Assembly: GCF_003664595.1 (NCBI RefSeq)
Contig: NZ_QXPZ01000012.1
Span: forward strand, 11,274-35,273
DNA: 24,000 bases
Direction: 5' to 3'
Source: Atopobacter sp. AH10
GTDB taxonomy: Bacteria > Bacillota > Bacilli > Lactobacillales > Aerococcaceae
Shown: piece after piece, positions 9,134-17,098 of the stretch
Position numbering within the stretch: the stretch's first letter is position 1
Layout of the letters: every line of letters starts with the position of its first letter
Position numbers and translations under genes: made by a program
Notes under the pieces: model-generated
The model's input: only the letters and a program-made list of their open reading frames with translations
The model's database searches: none
Told to the model about the DNA's origin: nothing

Positions 9134-9175
9134 GTAAGCACGGGAGAGTTTTAAAATCTTCCGTGCTTACTTATC
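9134..9175 (+). terminator. Terminator after the M42 peptidase gene
   Basis: 10-bp stem GTAAGCACGG (9134-9143) / CCGTGCTTAC (9161-9170), followed by TTATC. Confidence 0.6.
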
Positions 9176-9353
9176 TATAGAGGGAGATGTTGATGAAGCT
9201 ACTTTATACTTGTTTACATAATATGCATTATGCAAAGCAGTAAAACGATGAGAAAGATGAACAGATTTGTTTTGCTTACTCTATAACGACCCCTTTTTGT
9301 AGGAGTTAAGACAAGCTAAAGAAATCTTTTGCTTATTTATTAAATACTTAAGA

Positions 9354-9396
9354 AAGCAGCCCTGACTAATTGCACATGACTTGGTCAGGACTGCTT
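9354..9396 (-). terminator. Terminator after the lipoprotein gene (minus strand)
   Basis: AAGCAG-CCTGAC (9354-9366) pairs with GTCAGG-CTGCTT (9384-9396). On the minus strand it is followed by TTTCTT. Confidence 0.65.
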
Positions 9397-9424
9397 GTAG
9401 TTAAAAAATACTATTTGAAAAGCA

Positions 9425-10066
9425 TTACTCGTTAGGATTTGAAGCGATGACTTGATAAGATCCAGTGCTGGAATCCATTTTTTCTAGTTGGCCTTTCTTG
9501 TTTATTCTAAAGTAGCCTACAATTGGTGCTGTATTAGGATCAGCTTTTCCTTTAAAATGATCAGAATCATGGTTTTCTCTCACTTCTACAAGCAATAGAC
9601 CATCATCATCACGAGAAGTTATAAAAGTAAAATCGTCAGCGCTAATTTCGTCAAGCCCAAAATCTGCTGCAGACCCTAAGTGATTGAATATCCATTTTTT
9701 AGTTTCTTCTTGGGTTAGAGATTGAGATTCTGAGTTGTTCTTATTAGATGTTTTAGGCTTATTATTGCTAGTATTTGTCGTATTTCCGCTTGAGTTTTTA
9801 CCGGTTTTAGCGGCTGTTTGTTTTGTTTCGCTTGCTGTTGAGCCCTTTGTTTTATTGGAATCTGACTTCTCTTCTTTATCGATTGCCGTCTTATTTTTAT
9901 CATCTTTTGCATCTGATTTTGCCTTATTAGACGCTTTATTGGCCTTTACTTGGGTAGCTGATTGATTGCTTTGGCTTGATTCGGATGAATTTTCATGGTT
10001 TGAAGAACAGCCTAACAAACTTATTGATAAAAGAATTAAACTCCATTTTGCCAAGTTCTTTTTCAT
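9425..10066 (-). CDS. Hypothetical lipoprotein with an S/N/K/T-rich linker and a roughly 95-aa C-terminal globular domain
   Basis: The signal peptide has lipobox LLGC (MKKNLAKWSLILLSISLLGCSS). A low-complexity linker follows. RBS AGGAGGG is 7 nt upstream. I do not recognise a domain family. Confidence 0.75.
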   Translation of the reverse strand: MKKNLAKWSLILLSISLLGCSSNHENSSESSQSNQSATQVKANKASNKAKSDAKDDKNKTAIDKEEKSDSNKTKGSTASETKQTAAKTGKNSSGNTTNTSNNKPKTSNKNNSESQSLTQEETKKWIFNHLGSAADFGLDEISADDFTFITSRDDDGLLLVEVRENHDSDHFKGKADPNTAPIVGYFRINKKGQLEKMDSSTGSYQVIASNPNE

Positions 10067-10097
10067 GCTGTACCCTCCTAGTGGAACTTTTTAGTTT

Positions 10098-10127
10098 ATT
10101 ATACCATATTCGCTAGATATATTACAA
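10098..10127 (-). promoter_or_regulatory. Candidate promoter for the lipoprotein gene (TTGTAA-18-TGgTATAAT)
   Basis: On the minus strand: TTGTAA at 10122-10127, an 18-nt spacer, and an extended -10 TGGTATAAT ending at 10098. Confidence 0.5.
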
Positions 10128-10156
10128 AAAGGCTCAGTTATTATTTATATCATTAA

Positions 10157-10193
10157 TAAAAAATCAGAGATAAAGTCACTGACCTTATCTCTG
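10157..10193 (-). terminator. Rho-independent terminator of the guaC/small-protein unit
   Basis: Stem CAGAGATAA (10165-10173) / TTATCTCTG (10185-10193). On the minus strand it is followed by ATTTTTTATT. Confidence 0.7.
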
Positions 10194-10217
10194 CACTATA
10201 TAAAGCTATTTTCTATG

Positions 10218-10412
10218 CTATTTATTTTCTGACTTTTCTTTTGCCCTATAACGTCTATAAAGTGAGTAAGAGTTTATGATTAAGCCAGTTGCTATGAGTA
10301 AGAAGAACATTATAGCGGCTATATTCCCCTGACTGATAAATGGCCAACAAATCCATAAAATCAGAATCGCTGATAGAGCGTTAATAGCTATTAAAAATTT
10401 CTCGCTTTTCAT
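10218..10412 (-). CDS. Small (64 aa) two-TM membrane protein, hypothetical
   Basis: Two hydrophobic helices (FLIAINALSAILILWICWPFI and AAIMFFLLIATGLIINSYSL) and a basic C-tail. RBS GGGGGA lies upstream. It starts 33 nt after guaC with no terminator between them. Confidence 0.55.
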   Translation of the reverse strand: MKSEKFLIAINALSAILILWICWPFISQGNIAAIMFFLLIATGLIINSYSLYRRYRAKEKSENK

Positions 10413-10445
10413 GTGATCCCCCTACCCTTTATGTAAATTTAAAGT

Positions 10446-11423
10446 TTAGTCACCATTCATAATAGAATTTTTAACGATAACATAATCGACTGTTCGGATG
10501 GCATCTAACTCTTTACCACCCGCATATGAAATGGAAGATTGTAAGTCTTGTTGCATTTCATCTAATGTTTCTTGAATCGGCCCTTTCTTTTCAATCATCA
10601 TTTTTTTACCTTCGACATTTTTGCGTTCACCCTTCTGGAATTCAGAGGCTGAGCCGAAGTATTCTTTGTAAAGTTGACCGTTAATTTTGCAGACATTTCC
10701 TGGAGATTCTTCATGGCCAGCAAATAAGGATCCGATCATGACCATAGAAGCCCCAAAACGAATAGATTTAGCGATATCGCCATTATGGCGAACACCACCA
10801 TCTGCAATAATAGGTTTACGAGCGGCTTTTGAGCACCAATTAAGGGCAGCTAATTGCCATCCACCTGTCCCGAAACCTGTTTTTAGCTTGGTGATACACA
10901 CTTTACCAGGACCAATACCAACTTTTGTGGCATCAGCGCCTGCAGTTTCTAGTTCACGGACTCCTTCAGGTGTGCCAACGTTACCTGCAATGACGAACGA
11001 TTCAGGCAGGTGTTTCTTAAGAAAGTGAATCATATCAATGACAGAGTTAGCGTGTCCATGAGCAATATCGATCGTGATATAATCAGGAACTAAGTTTTGA
11101 CGAGCTAATTCTTTAACAAAATCATATTCGCTATCTTTAACACCTATAGAAATTGAACTATACAAGCCCTTTTCCTTCATAGAACGAACAAACTCTAGAC
11201 GATTTTCTGAATCAAAACGGTGCATGATATAGAAGTAATCATTACGAGCTAATTTTTCGGCTAATGCTTCATTGATAACCGTTTGCATGTTTGCTGGTAC
11301 AACAGGCAACTTGAAACGGCGTGGACCAAATTGAATGCTGGTATCACACTCACTACGACTTTTAACAATACATTTATTTGGAAGAAGTTGTACATCTTCA
11401 TAGTCGAAAACTTGATTAATCAT
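10446..11423 (-). CDS. guaC: GMP reductase
   Basis: Near-colinear by eye with Firmicutes GuaC: [79 protein letters not shown]. Confidence 0.93.
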   Translation of the reverse strand: MINQVFDYEDVQLLPNKCIVKSRSECDTSIQFGPRRFKLPVVPANMQTVINEALAEKLARNDYFYIMHRFDSENRLEFVRSMKEKGLYSSISIGVKDSEYDFVKELARQNLVPDYITIDIAHGHANSVIDMIHFLKKHLPESFVIAGNVGTPEGVRELETAGADATKVGIGPGKVCITKLKTGFGTGGWQLAALNWCSKAARKPIIADGGVRHNGDIAKSIRFGASMVMIGSLFAGHEESPGNVCKINGQLYKEYFGSASEFQKGERKNVEGKKMMIEKKGPIQETLDEMQQDLQSSISYAGGKELDAIRTVDYVIVKNSIMNGD

Positions 11424-11455
11424 AGTTATTCCCTCCCATTAAAAAGTCCTCATCT

Positions 11456-11484
11456 ATGATACCCAATTGGTCTTTTTTTATCAA
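11456..11484 (-). promoter_or_regulatory. Candidate guaC promoter (TTGATA-17-TATCAT)
   Basis: On the minus strand: TTGATA at 11479-11484, a 17-nt spacer, and TATCAT at 11456-11461, about 30 nt upstream of the ATG. Confidence 0.45.
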
Positions 11485-11532
11485 GTGAATTCAGACTTCT
11501 CTAGATCAAAATATTTTCGTTTTGACTCTATC

Positions 11533-11558
11533 AAAAAAGCAGAGACAAGTCTCTGCTT
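11533..11558 (-). terminator. Rho-independent terminator ending the coaBC-...-yitT operon
   Basis: On the minus strand: AAGCAGAGAC TTGT GTCTCTGCTT followed by TTTTTGATAG. It has a perfect 10-bp GC-containing stem and a T-run. Confidence 0.8.
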
Positions 11559-11591
11559 AAATGGGTATAAGTCGTGTGAAAGGCTATCGAG

Positions 11592-12509
11592 CTAATAGAG
11601 CGAATGGACTTCTTTTTTTGTTTCATCAAGTGTTTTATTGGACGTCTCATTGACTTTTTCATTAATAAAGTAACTGAAACCTTGCCCATTGACGTTTTGT
11701 ACACTAGTAACGATGAAAAATGCTTGGGGATCAATAAAGTTAACGACATTATTAACTGTCATTAATTGTTGCCTTGTTACAATAATATACAGGATATCTT
11801 TTTTGTCTTTAGTATAGTAACCATGCCCGTGTAAGACTGTGATACCTCTATCGATGGTAGCTTGTAGTTCTTCAGCGATACGATCCGCGTGATCACTGAT
11901 AATCATAACGGATTTACGTGGATTTAGACCGTAAAGGACAAAATCGATGGTCTTTCCATTTAATACCACATTCAAAATAGAAAGAATGGTGCGTTCAAAA
12001 CCTGTGATAAGGAAAAATGGCAAGATGATAATAAAATCTATGATGAGAACAGCAGTACCAGTATTCCATCCAAAATATTTATTTAACATACGGGCTAGGA
12101 TATCTGACCCAGCTGTTGTTCCCCCAGCCAATACAACTGTTCCTATAGCGATACCGGTTAAAACCCCTACGATTAATGGCACGAGCAAAGGTTCTTTAAT
12201 TGGTATAGCAAAGTTGGGAATCCATTTTAAGCAAATCGAATATAAAATGGTACTAAAAATTGTATAGTACATGGTTCGTGGATCTAAAAATTTCCAACCC
12301 AAGACAAGTAATATACCATTGATCACAATATTGGAGAGATAAAGAGGAATGCCAAACAAGTAGAATAGGATAATGGTTAAACCTGATGCCCCTCCTTCAC
12401 CCAAATGATAAGGTAGGAGGAAATTGTTGACCACAAATGCCATCAATATATTTCCAAATATGATTAAGCCAATGGACCAAAGTGAAAAGTGAGATAAAAA
12501 TTTTTTCAT
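11592..12509 (-). CDS. YitT family membrane protein (DUF161 + DUF2179), copy 2
   Basis: Polytopic N-terminal part with GEGGASGLTIILFY and GGTTAGSDILA motifs. The C-terminal soluble DUF2179-like domain contains GITVLHGHGYYTKDKKDILYIIVTRQQ...IDPQAFFIVTSVQNVNGQGF. RBS GGAG lies 7 nt upstream. Confidence 0.85.
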   Translation of the reverse strand: MKKFLSHFSLWSIGLIIFGNILMAFVVNNFLLPYHLGEGGASGLTIILFYLFGIPLYLSNIVINGILLVLGWKFLDPRTMYYTIFSTILYSICLKWIPNFAIPIKEPLLVPLIVGVLTGIAIGTVVLAGGTTAGSDILARMLNKYFGWNTGTAVLIIDFIIILPFFLITGFERTILSILNVVLNGKTIDFVLYGLNPRKSVMIISDHADRIAEELQATIDRGITVLHGHGYYTKDKKDILYIIVTRQQLMTVNNVVNFIDPQAFFIVTSVQNVNGQGFSYFINEKVNETSNKTLDETKKEVHSLY

Positions 12510-12518
12510 GACATACTC

Positions 12519-13406
12519 CTATTCTGGTTCTCTGTGGAAACGCCCGATAAACCGTTCTGTCTGATTGATAGAAATGATAACGTATGGATCGATTTGTTGT
12601 AAAAGGTCGATCACATCGTTTACCTCGTAAGAAGAAACAACTGTAATCAACATGGTACGATCTTGTTGTGTATAGCCCCCTTTAACCGGAATACAAGTGA
12701 TGCCATGCCGGATATGGTTCACAAAAGCATCTCGGATTGCTTCTCCTCTTGTTGTAGTGATGTTTAAAGTATATAGTTTGTAGCGCTTATGGAAGGTTGA
12801 GACGACCCTAGTGGAAATAAATTGAAGGATAATGGAATAACCAGCATATCGCCAATTCGTAATATACCCGTAAGTTAATAGCATGATGGTATTAATTAAA
12901 AGGACGTATTCCCATATGGTCTTCCCTTTTTTATTAGAAACGTACAAGGCGATAAAGTCCATCCCACCGGTTGAAGCGCGTCCTAGTAAAGCTAGTGAGA
13001 TATAAAAGCCATTCAAAGCTCCTCCAAAGATAATATTTAAACTTAAATCGTCAAATATTGGTTGAAAATGGCAAAGACGCATAAAAGTAGATGAAATGGC
13101 AATTTGCAAAAGTGACAAGGCTGTAAAACGTAAACTTATCCCCCGCATACACATCAAGGCTACTGGCAAGTTTAAGGCGACTAACAAGAAAGGAACAGGG
13201 ATATCTAAATGCAGGTAGTTATCCGCAAAAATGTTAATAAGCATTGAGGTTCCCAAAAAGCCTGATGCTAACATATGAGATGGCTTTAAAAAAACTTGAT
13301 AACAAAAGGTTTGTAAAAAGGCCGATAAACAAACAGCCAGTAGTGACAGAATTAACTGACGATATTTTTTATTTTTCCTACCATCGAGTAGATTATCATT
13401 TTCCAT
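12519..13406 (-). CDS. YitT family membrane protein (DUF161 + DUF2179), copy 1
   Basis: Same architecture as copy 2: the membrane part carries STGGMDFIALYV, and the C-terminal domain contains GITCIPVKGGYTQQDRTMLITVVSSYE...IDPYVIISINQTERFIGRF. Confidence 0.85.
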   Translation of the reverse strand: MENDNLLDGRKNKKYRQLILSLLAVCLSAFLQTFCYQVFLKPSHMLASGFLGTSMLINIFADNYLHLDIPVPFLLVALNLPVALMCMRGISLRFTALSLLQIAISSTFMRLCHFQPIFDDLSLNIIFGGALNGFYISLALLGRASTGGMDFIALYVSNKKGKTIWEYVLLINTIMLLTYGYITNWRYAGYSIILQFISTRVVSTFHKRYKLYTLNITTTRGEAIRDAFVNHIRHGITCIPVKGGYTQQDRTMLITVVSSYEVNDVIDLLQQIDPYVIISINQTERFIGRFHREPE

Positions 13407-13423
13407 AAATGAATAAACCTCCG

Positions 13424-14038
13424 CTATCCTTCGCCTGTGAGTTGACGTAATTCTTCATACCTAGTCACTCGCCAGCCTTTTTCATTTTCAAAAGTCATGT
13501 ATACTCTGTAATTTTTGCTATTATCTTCGTTTGTTAATATAAGATAAATAGACTTATCATCCACGACGTTGAGCCAGTAATCGGTCAGTTGTTCTTTGGA
13601 TTTGATAACGGAACGACTGGCAGCATCTATTTCTTGACGATCAAGTGAACCTTCCTCGAAGTTTATCCAATGGTCGCCCTTTTGTTCGGTTTTGTAATAT
13701 GGCCAATTCGCTTCATAAGCTACTAAAACATTTGGATCATCTGAGTCAACTTTTTTAGCTAAATTCTTTTTCTCTTCTTTTTTCTTTTCTTTAGCTTGTT
13801 GGACTAAAGCTTGATGCTTTTCCTTTTCTTTTTCTTTTATTTCTTTCTGTGAAGGGACGACTACTTCAGAAGTATCTTTTGGATTAATCCAATCTTGAAT
13901 TGGCTTACTGCCGAAAAGAACATGTCCGATAAAAAATAAAAAGATAATAACCAAGCTGGAGAAAAAAACTAGGGTATAGGAGCGATAATAGAGCAATAAT
14001 TTTTTGATTTTTAAAGAAAGTCTAGGCCTTTCTTTCAT
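13424..14038 (-). CDS. Single-pass membrane protein, DUF1510/YrrS-like
   Basis: N-terminal TM (YTLVFFSSLVIIFLFFIGHVLF), a K/E-rich linker, and a C-terminal domain with YEANW..YKTEQKGDH ... YRVYMTFENEKGWRVTRYEEL. This resembles what I recall of the B. subtilis YrrS C-domain. RBS GAGGTG lies upstream. The ATG overlaps the coaBC stop by 17 nt. Confidence 0.7.
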   Translation of the reverse strand: MKERPRLSLKIKKLLLYYRSYTLVFFSSLVIIFLFFIGHVLFGSKPIQDWINPKDTSEVVVPSQKEIKEKEKEKHQALVQQAKEKKKEEKKNLAKKVDSDDPNVLVAYEANWPYYKTEQKGDHWINFEEGSLDRQEIDAASRSVIKSKEQLTDYWLNVVDDKSIYLILTNEDNSKNYRVYMTFENEKGWRVTRYEELRQLTGEG

Positions 14039-15233
14039 TCGATCTCACCTCAATGATAGCTTGGATGATAGATAAGGCAACGGACCATTTGGCTTGTTTT
14101 GGCACTTCTTTTTCTTGATTTTCACTAATAATGGTGACAGCATTATCTGAACTATTAAATCCAATGGAAGCTTTAGACACATCATTAGCTACTAAAATAT
14201 CAACAGCTTTTGCTTTTCTCTTTTCTCTAGCATATGTCAAAACATGATCCGTTTCAGCCGCAAATGCCACTTTAAAGATAGATTCGTTAGCAATCGAAGC
14301 TAATATATCAGGATTTTTTATAAGCTGGAGAGTCAAGTTTTCCTGCTTTTTCAGCTTATGCTGGGATGGCGTCTCTACCCTATAGTCAGAGACAGCGGCA
14401 GCCATCACTAAGACGTCATTTGCCGATAGATTATTTTTTACTGCCTCTTGTAATTCATTTGCAGATTGAACACTAGTTGTTTTAATTGTCGGTAACAATG
14501 GGATAGCTGTTACGCTTTCTGTTTTGATTAAATGAACCTCTGCTCCTAATAAGCTAGCCATATTAGCTATGGCACAACCCATTTTCCCAGAAGAGCGATT
14601 GCCGATGTAACGTACCGGATCAATAGCTTCAACTGTTCCTCCTGCTGTAATTAACCATTTTTGGCCAACTAATGAACCAGCTAAAACTTTAGCCAGCGGA
14701 TGCAAGGCTAGTTTTGCTGCAAGAACTTGTAAGTCCAAGTCTAATAGGCGACCATCCCCTTCATAACCTTCAGCAAGGAAACCATAATCAGTTGGCAGAA
14801 CCCAATAACCTTGTTCTTTTAACCAATGGATATTCTTTTCTACTGCGGGATGGTGAAGCATATGATGATTCATAGCTGGAGCAATTATGACAGGACAGGT
14901 ACAGGCTAACAAACAAGATGTGACCAAATTATCGGCAATGCCATTAGCTAATTTCCCTAGCGTGTTAGCTGTACATGGAGTCACAATTACTAAATCAGAC
15001 CAATCAGCTGTGTGAATATGCAGAACAGGATCTTTTCCGTGAAATTCATCTATAGAGACAACTTGTTTTGTTAGAACTTCGAATGTAAATGGATCCACAA
15101 AGTTTTTGGCATTTTGAGTCATTAATACACGAACTTCTGCCCCTTCTTTAATTAAAGATCGAACCAATAAGGGAATCTTGTAAGCGGCTATACCTCCCGT
15201 GATCATCACGGTTATATGTCGATTCGTCAGCAT
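14022..15233 (-). CDS. coaBC: Bifunctional phosphopantothenoylcysteine decarboxylase / phosphopantothenate-cysteine ligase
   Basis: The N-terminal flavoprotein domain has ITGGIAAYK and PCTANTLGKLANGIADNL. The C-terminal CoaB domain has ITAGGTVEAIDPVRYIGNRSSGKMG and AAAVSDY. At 403 aa it has the typical fused length. Confidence 0.93.
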   Translation of the reverse strand: MLTNRHITVMITGGIAAYKIPLLVRSLIKEGAEVRVLMTQNAKNFVDPFTFEVLTKQVVSIDEFHGKDPVLHIHTADWSDLVIVTPCTANTLGKLANGIADNLVTSCLLACTCPVIIAPAMNHHMLHHPAVEKNIHWLKEQGYWVLPTDYGFLAEGYEGDGRLLDLDLQVLAAKLALHPLAKVLAGSLVGQKWLITAGGTVEAIDPVRYIGNRSSGKMGCAIANMASLLGAEVHLIKTESVTAIPLLPTIKTTSVQSANELQEAVKNNLSANDVLVMAAAVSDYRVETPSQHKLKKQENLTLQLIKNPDILASIANESIFKVAFAAETDHVLTYAREKRKAKAVDILVANDVSKASIGFNSSDNAVTIISENQEKEVPKQAKWSVALSIIQAIIEVRSNERKA

Positions 15234-15274
15234 AATTCCATTCCTTCTCTTTTTTAGTAGTGATCATTAGCCCT

Positions 15275-15302
15275 ATTGTATCATATTTTAATCCTATATA
15301 AA
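15275..15302 (-). promoter_or_regulatory. Candidate coaBC promoter (TTTATA-16-TGaTACAAT)
   Basis: On the minus strand: TTTATA at 15297-15302, a 16-nt spacer, and an extended -10 TGATACAAT ending at 15275. It sits immediately downstream of the nrdH terminator. Confidence 0.45.
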
Positions 15303-15303
15303 G

Positions 15304-15329
15304 CAAAAAAAGTCCGTATAAACGGACTT
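15304..15329 (-). terminator. Rho-independent terminator after nrdH
   Basis: On the minus strand: AAGTCCGT TTAT ACGGACTT followed by TTTTTTGC. Confidence 0.8.
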
Positions 15330-15341
15330 CTCTATTTCCTC

Positions 15342-15575
15342 TTATGCTTTATGAATTAAGCTCTCTAATCTTTCTGGATTAAAGCCAGCAAATGCTTCAC
15401 CATCCGAATTTTTGACGACAGGGACACTTTGGAAGCCTAAATCTTTAACTTCTTGTAAGGCTTCTTCAGAGACAGTAATATCTTTTTCGATAAATTCTAT
15501 CCCCTTATCTTTCAAAAATCGTTTGGTAAAATTACATTGCATGCAATTTGGTTTAGAATAGATTGTTAAAGTCAT
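15342..15575 (-). CDS. nrdH: Glutaredoxin-like protein NrdH
   Basis: 77 aa, with a CMQC redox motif in IYSKPNCMQCNFTKRFL, plus GFQSVPVV and FAGFNPERL. These match the NrdH pattern (C-V/M-Q-C, WSGF-like). RBS AAAGGAG lies upstream. Confidence 0.85.
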   Translation of the reverse strand: MTLTIYSKPNCMQCNFTKRFLKDKGIEFIEKDITVSEEALQEVKDLGFQSVPVVKNSDGEAFAGFNPERLESLIHKA

Positions 15576-15606
15576 GGTTCATTCTCCTTTTTTAGTTTGC
15601 CCTTGT

Positions 15607-15635
15607 ATCATACCCTATTTCACTAGAAAGGTAAA
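15607..15635 (-). promoter_or_regulatory. Candidate nrdH promoter (TTTACC-17-TATGAT)
   Basis: On the minus strand: TTTACC at 15630-15635, a 17-nt spacer, and TATGAT at 15607-15612. The -35 is overlapped by the weaker NrdR-like box. Confidence 0.4.
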
Positions 15636-15649
15636 ATGATATGTTGTGG
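15634..15649. promoter_or_regulatory. Degenerate second NrdR-box candidate
   Basis: The minus strand reads CCACAACATATCATTT. The left half matches the NrdR consensus acaCwAtATaTwGtgt and the right half is poor. Its centre is 42 bp (about 4 helical turns) from the strong box. Confidence 0.3.
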
Positions 15650-15675
15650 CATTTCGTAAAAAAAGAGGAGTCATA

Positions 15676-15691
15676 CCACAATATATAGTGG
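15676..15691. promoter_or_regulatory. NrdR-box (operator of the ribonucleotide-reductase regulon repressor)
   Basis: CCACAATATATAGTGG is a 16-bp near-palindrome (7 of 8 pairs) matching the NrdR consensus acaCwAtATaTwGtgt. It lies about 100 bp upstream of the nrdH ATG, directly after the nuclease stop codon. Confidence 0.55.
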
Positions 15692-15692
15692 T

Positions 15693-16373
15693 TTAGGGCT
15701 TGTAACGATGATCCTTAACATAACCAGCTACAGACCAGACAGCTTTTTTTCTTTCCCTTGCAAATTCTTCAGATCTTCTTAAGCGATCCACTAAGGAATC
15801 GTTTGGCCTTTTCACGTATCTAACGATAGCTAGACCCTTTTTGAGCATTTCTTCTTGCAAGCTTTCATTTGAATCATTCAGATAAACGTAGGCTAACAAG
15901 CGTCCATAATGGTCTTGTTTAGGCCCTTTATCAACAGAAAGAAAGATATTTTGAGCGGTAGTCAGACGTGCATTTAAAAATTCTTTAGCATCTTCTGCAA
16001 AAGGGTTAGGAGCGAGATCTTTACCAAAATTCATTTCTGGAGCGTCAATGATAAGCATTCGTACCTTATAATCTTTCTTTCCAACTTGAACTACAAAAGT
16101 ATCTCCATCAATCGTACGTTTAAAAGTAACTTGATATTTCTTCAAGGGATGCCAAGAGTCTATAGAAGCTAGATCTGCAACTTTTTCTGCTTTATTTTCT
16201 TTTGTGGAGATGAAAGAGTCACTTTTAATTCTGTTGTGGTTATAGGAATTAACATGATCAATTCCGTATCCTATAAGACCCAAAACAAGGAGAAGAATGA
16301 GGGATTTGGCTGATGATTTATTGTCCCTTCCTAAGTGATAAAGTATTTTTTTATAAAATTTGTTTGATGGCAT
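15693..16373 (-). CDS. Membrane-anchored thermonuclease (staphylococcal nuclease/SNase family)
   Basis: N-terminal TM anchor (SLILLLVLGLIGYGI). The SNase catalytic and Ca-binding pattern is intact: IDGDTF, VRMLIIDAPE, GRLLAYVY. The whole protein contains no Cys. Confidence 0.85.
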   Translation of the reverse strand: MPSNKFYKKILYHLGRDNKSSAKSLILLLVLGLIGYGIDHVNSYNHNRIKSDSFISTKENKAEKVADLASIDSWHPLKKYQVTFKRTIDGDTFVVQVGKKDYKVRMLIIDAPEMNFGKDLAPNPFAEDAKEFLNARLTTAQNIFLSVDKGPKQDHYGRLLAYVYLNDSNESLQEEMLKKGLAIVRYVKRPNDSLVDRLRRSEEFARERKKAVWSVAGYVKDHRYKP

Positions 16374-17040
16374 CTTGGATTTTTTGCTCCTCTACTCTTC
16401 CTTGAAATTGGAAAACCGTTTTTCCTTCATTATTTTGAACAATAATTGTTGGATAATAGGATAATTTAAAGGCGCGATGAAGTTGGAAGTCGCTATCATA
16501 ATAAACAGGTAAAGTTATATGGTTTTTATCTAGAAATTTTTTAGCACTTGCAAAAGTTTCTTTTTCCCCATCAGTACCATTGATAGCATAAAAGTGAACT
16601 TTGCCTTTATATTCTTGATAGAGCTTGTTAGCGAATTTCATTTGTTCTTCGCATACATCGGCCCAACTAGACCAGAAAAGAATAACCCGTCGTTCAGGAA
16701 CAGCAAAATTTAATTCGGTTTTATCCTTTTCGTTTGTATGAATTAGAAAGCGATCTTGTGGGACAGATAATGTAGCAATGGGGTCTTTCTCCTCTTGATC
16801 ATCTGATTTGGTCACTAGTGCCCCTGCTGAAGGGGTGTCTACTGCCTTTTTTTCTCTTTCTTTTGCTTTTTGGGCGGCTTCTTTGGTGACAATATGGTTT
16901 TCAGTTTGTTGGGCTACTTGCTCAGTTTTTCTTCTTTTATCTGTATCAGCCGTGTGATTAGATGTTGGCTTGAAATAATAGAAACAAGCTGTCATGATAA
17001 TGACCATTAGGCTAACTAAAAATACAAAGCGTTTTTTCAT
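16351..17040 (-). CDS. Thioredoxin-fold TlpA/ResA-like (lipo)protein with a degenerate active site (ADVC instead of CXXC)
   Basis: ILFWSSWADVCEEQ aligns with the FW.(S/T)WC.PC..E motif of the TlpA/ResA family. The cis-Pro motif YYPT is retained. The signal/anchor MKKRFVFLVSLMVIIMTAC is a possible lipobox. Start set at ATG 17038-17040, which has RBS AAAGGAG 5 nt upstream. The 3' end overlaps the nuclease start by 23 nt. Confidence 0.8.
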   Translation of the reverse strand: MKKRFVFLVSLMVIIMTACFYYFKPTSNHTADTDKRRKTEQVAQQTENHIVTKEAAQKAKEREKKAVDTPSAGALVTKSDDQEEKDPIATLSVPQDRFLIHTNEKDKTELNFAVPERRVILFWSSWADVCEEQMKFANKLYQEYKGKVHFYAINGTDGEKETFASAKKFLDKNHITLPVYYDSDFQLHRAFKLSYYPTIIVQNNEGKTVFQFQGRVEEQKIQDAIKQIL

Positions 17041-17069
17041 AAAAGTCTCCTTTCGTTCCATACCTTTCT

Positions 17070-17098
17070 ATTATAGCTTAATTTTAGGCTTCGGTCAC
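17070..17098 (-). promoter_or_regulatory. Candidate promoter for the TlpA-like/nuclease unit (GTGACC-17-TATAAT)
   Basis: On the minus strand: GTGACC at 17093-17098, a 17-nt spacer, and perfect TATAAT at 17070-17075. The predicted start near 17063 favours the ATG at 17040 over the one at 17061. Confidence 0.45.

Noticed and set aside
9187-9243. Small ORF (MLMKLLYTCLHNMHYAKQ, 16-18 aa) with an AGGGAG RBS, plus a CATAAT-N4-ATTATG dyad. Both lie in the 180-bp gap between two convergent terminators.
   Set aside because: There is no convincing promoter on either strand. The peptide has no signal, TM or toxin-like features, there is no neighbouring regulator (such as Rgg or a histidine kinase), and an ORF of this size is expected by chance. 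Only transcript or ribosome-profiling data could rescue it.
11505-11525. PurBox-like sequence (minus strand AAAACGAAAATAT) upstream of the guaC promoter.
   Set aside because: Only about 9 of 14 positions match the Bacillus PurBox, with CGAAA instead of CGAAC. I also found no second inverted box, which PurR sites normally have.
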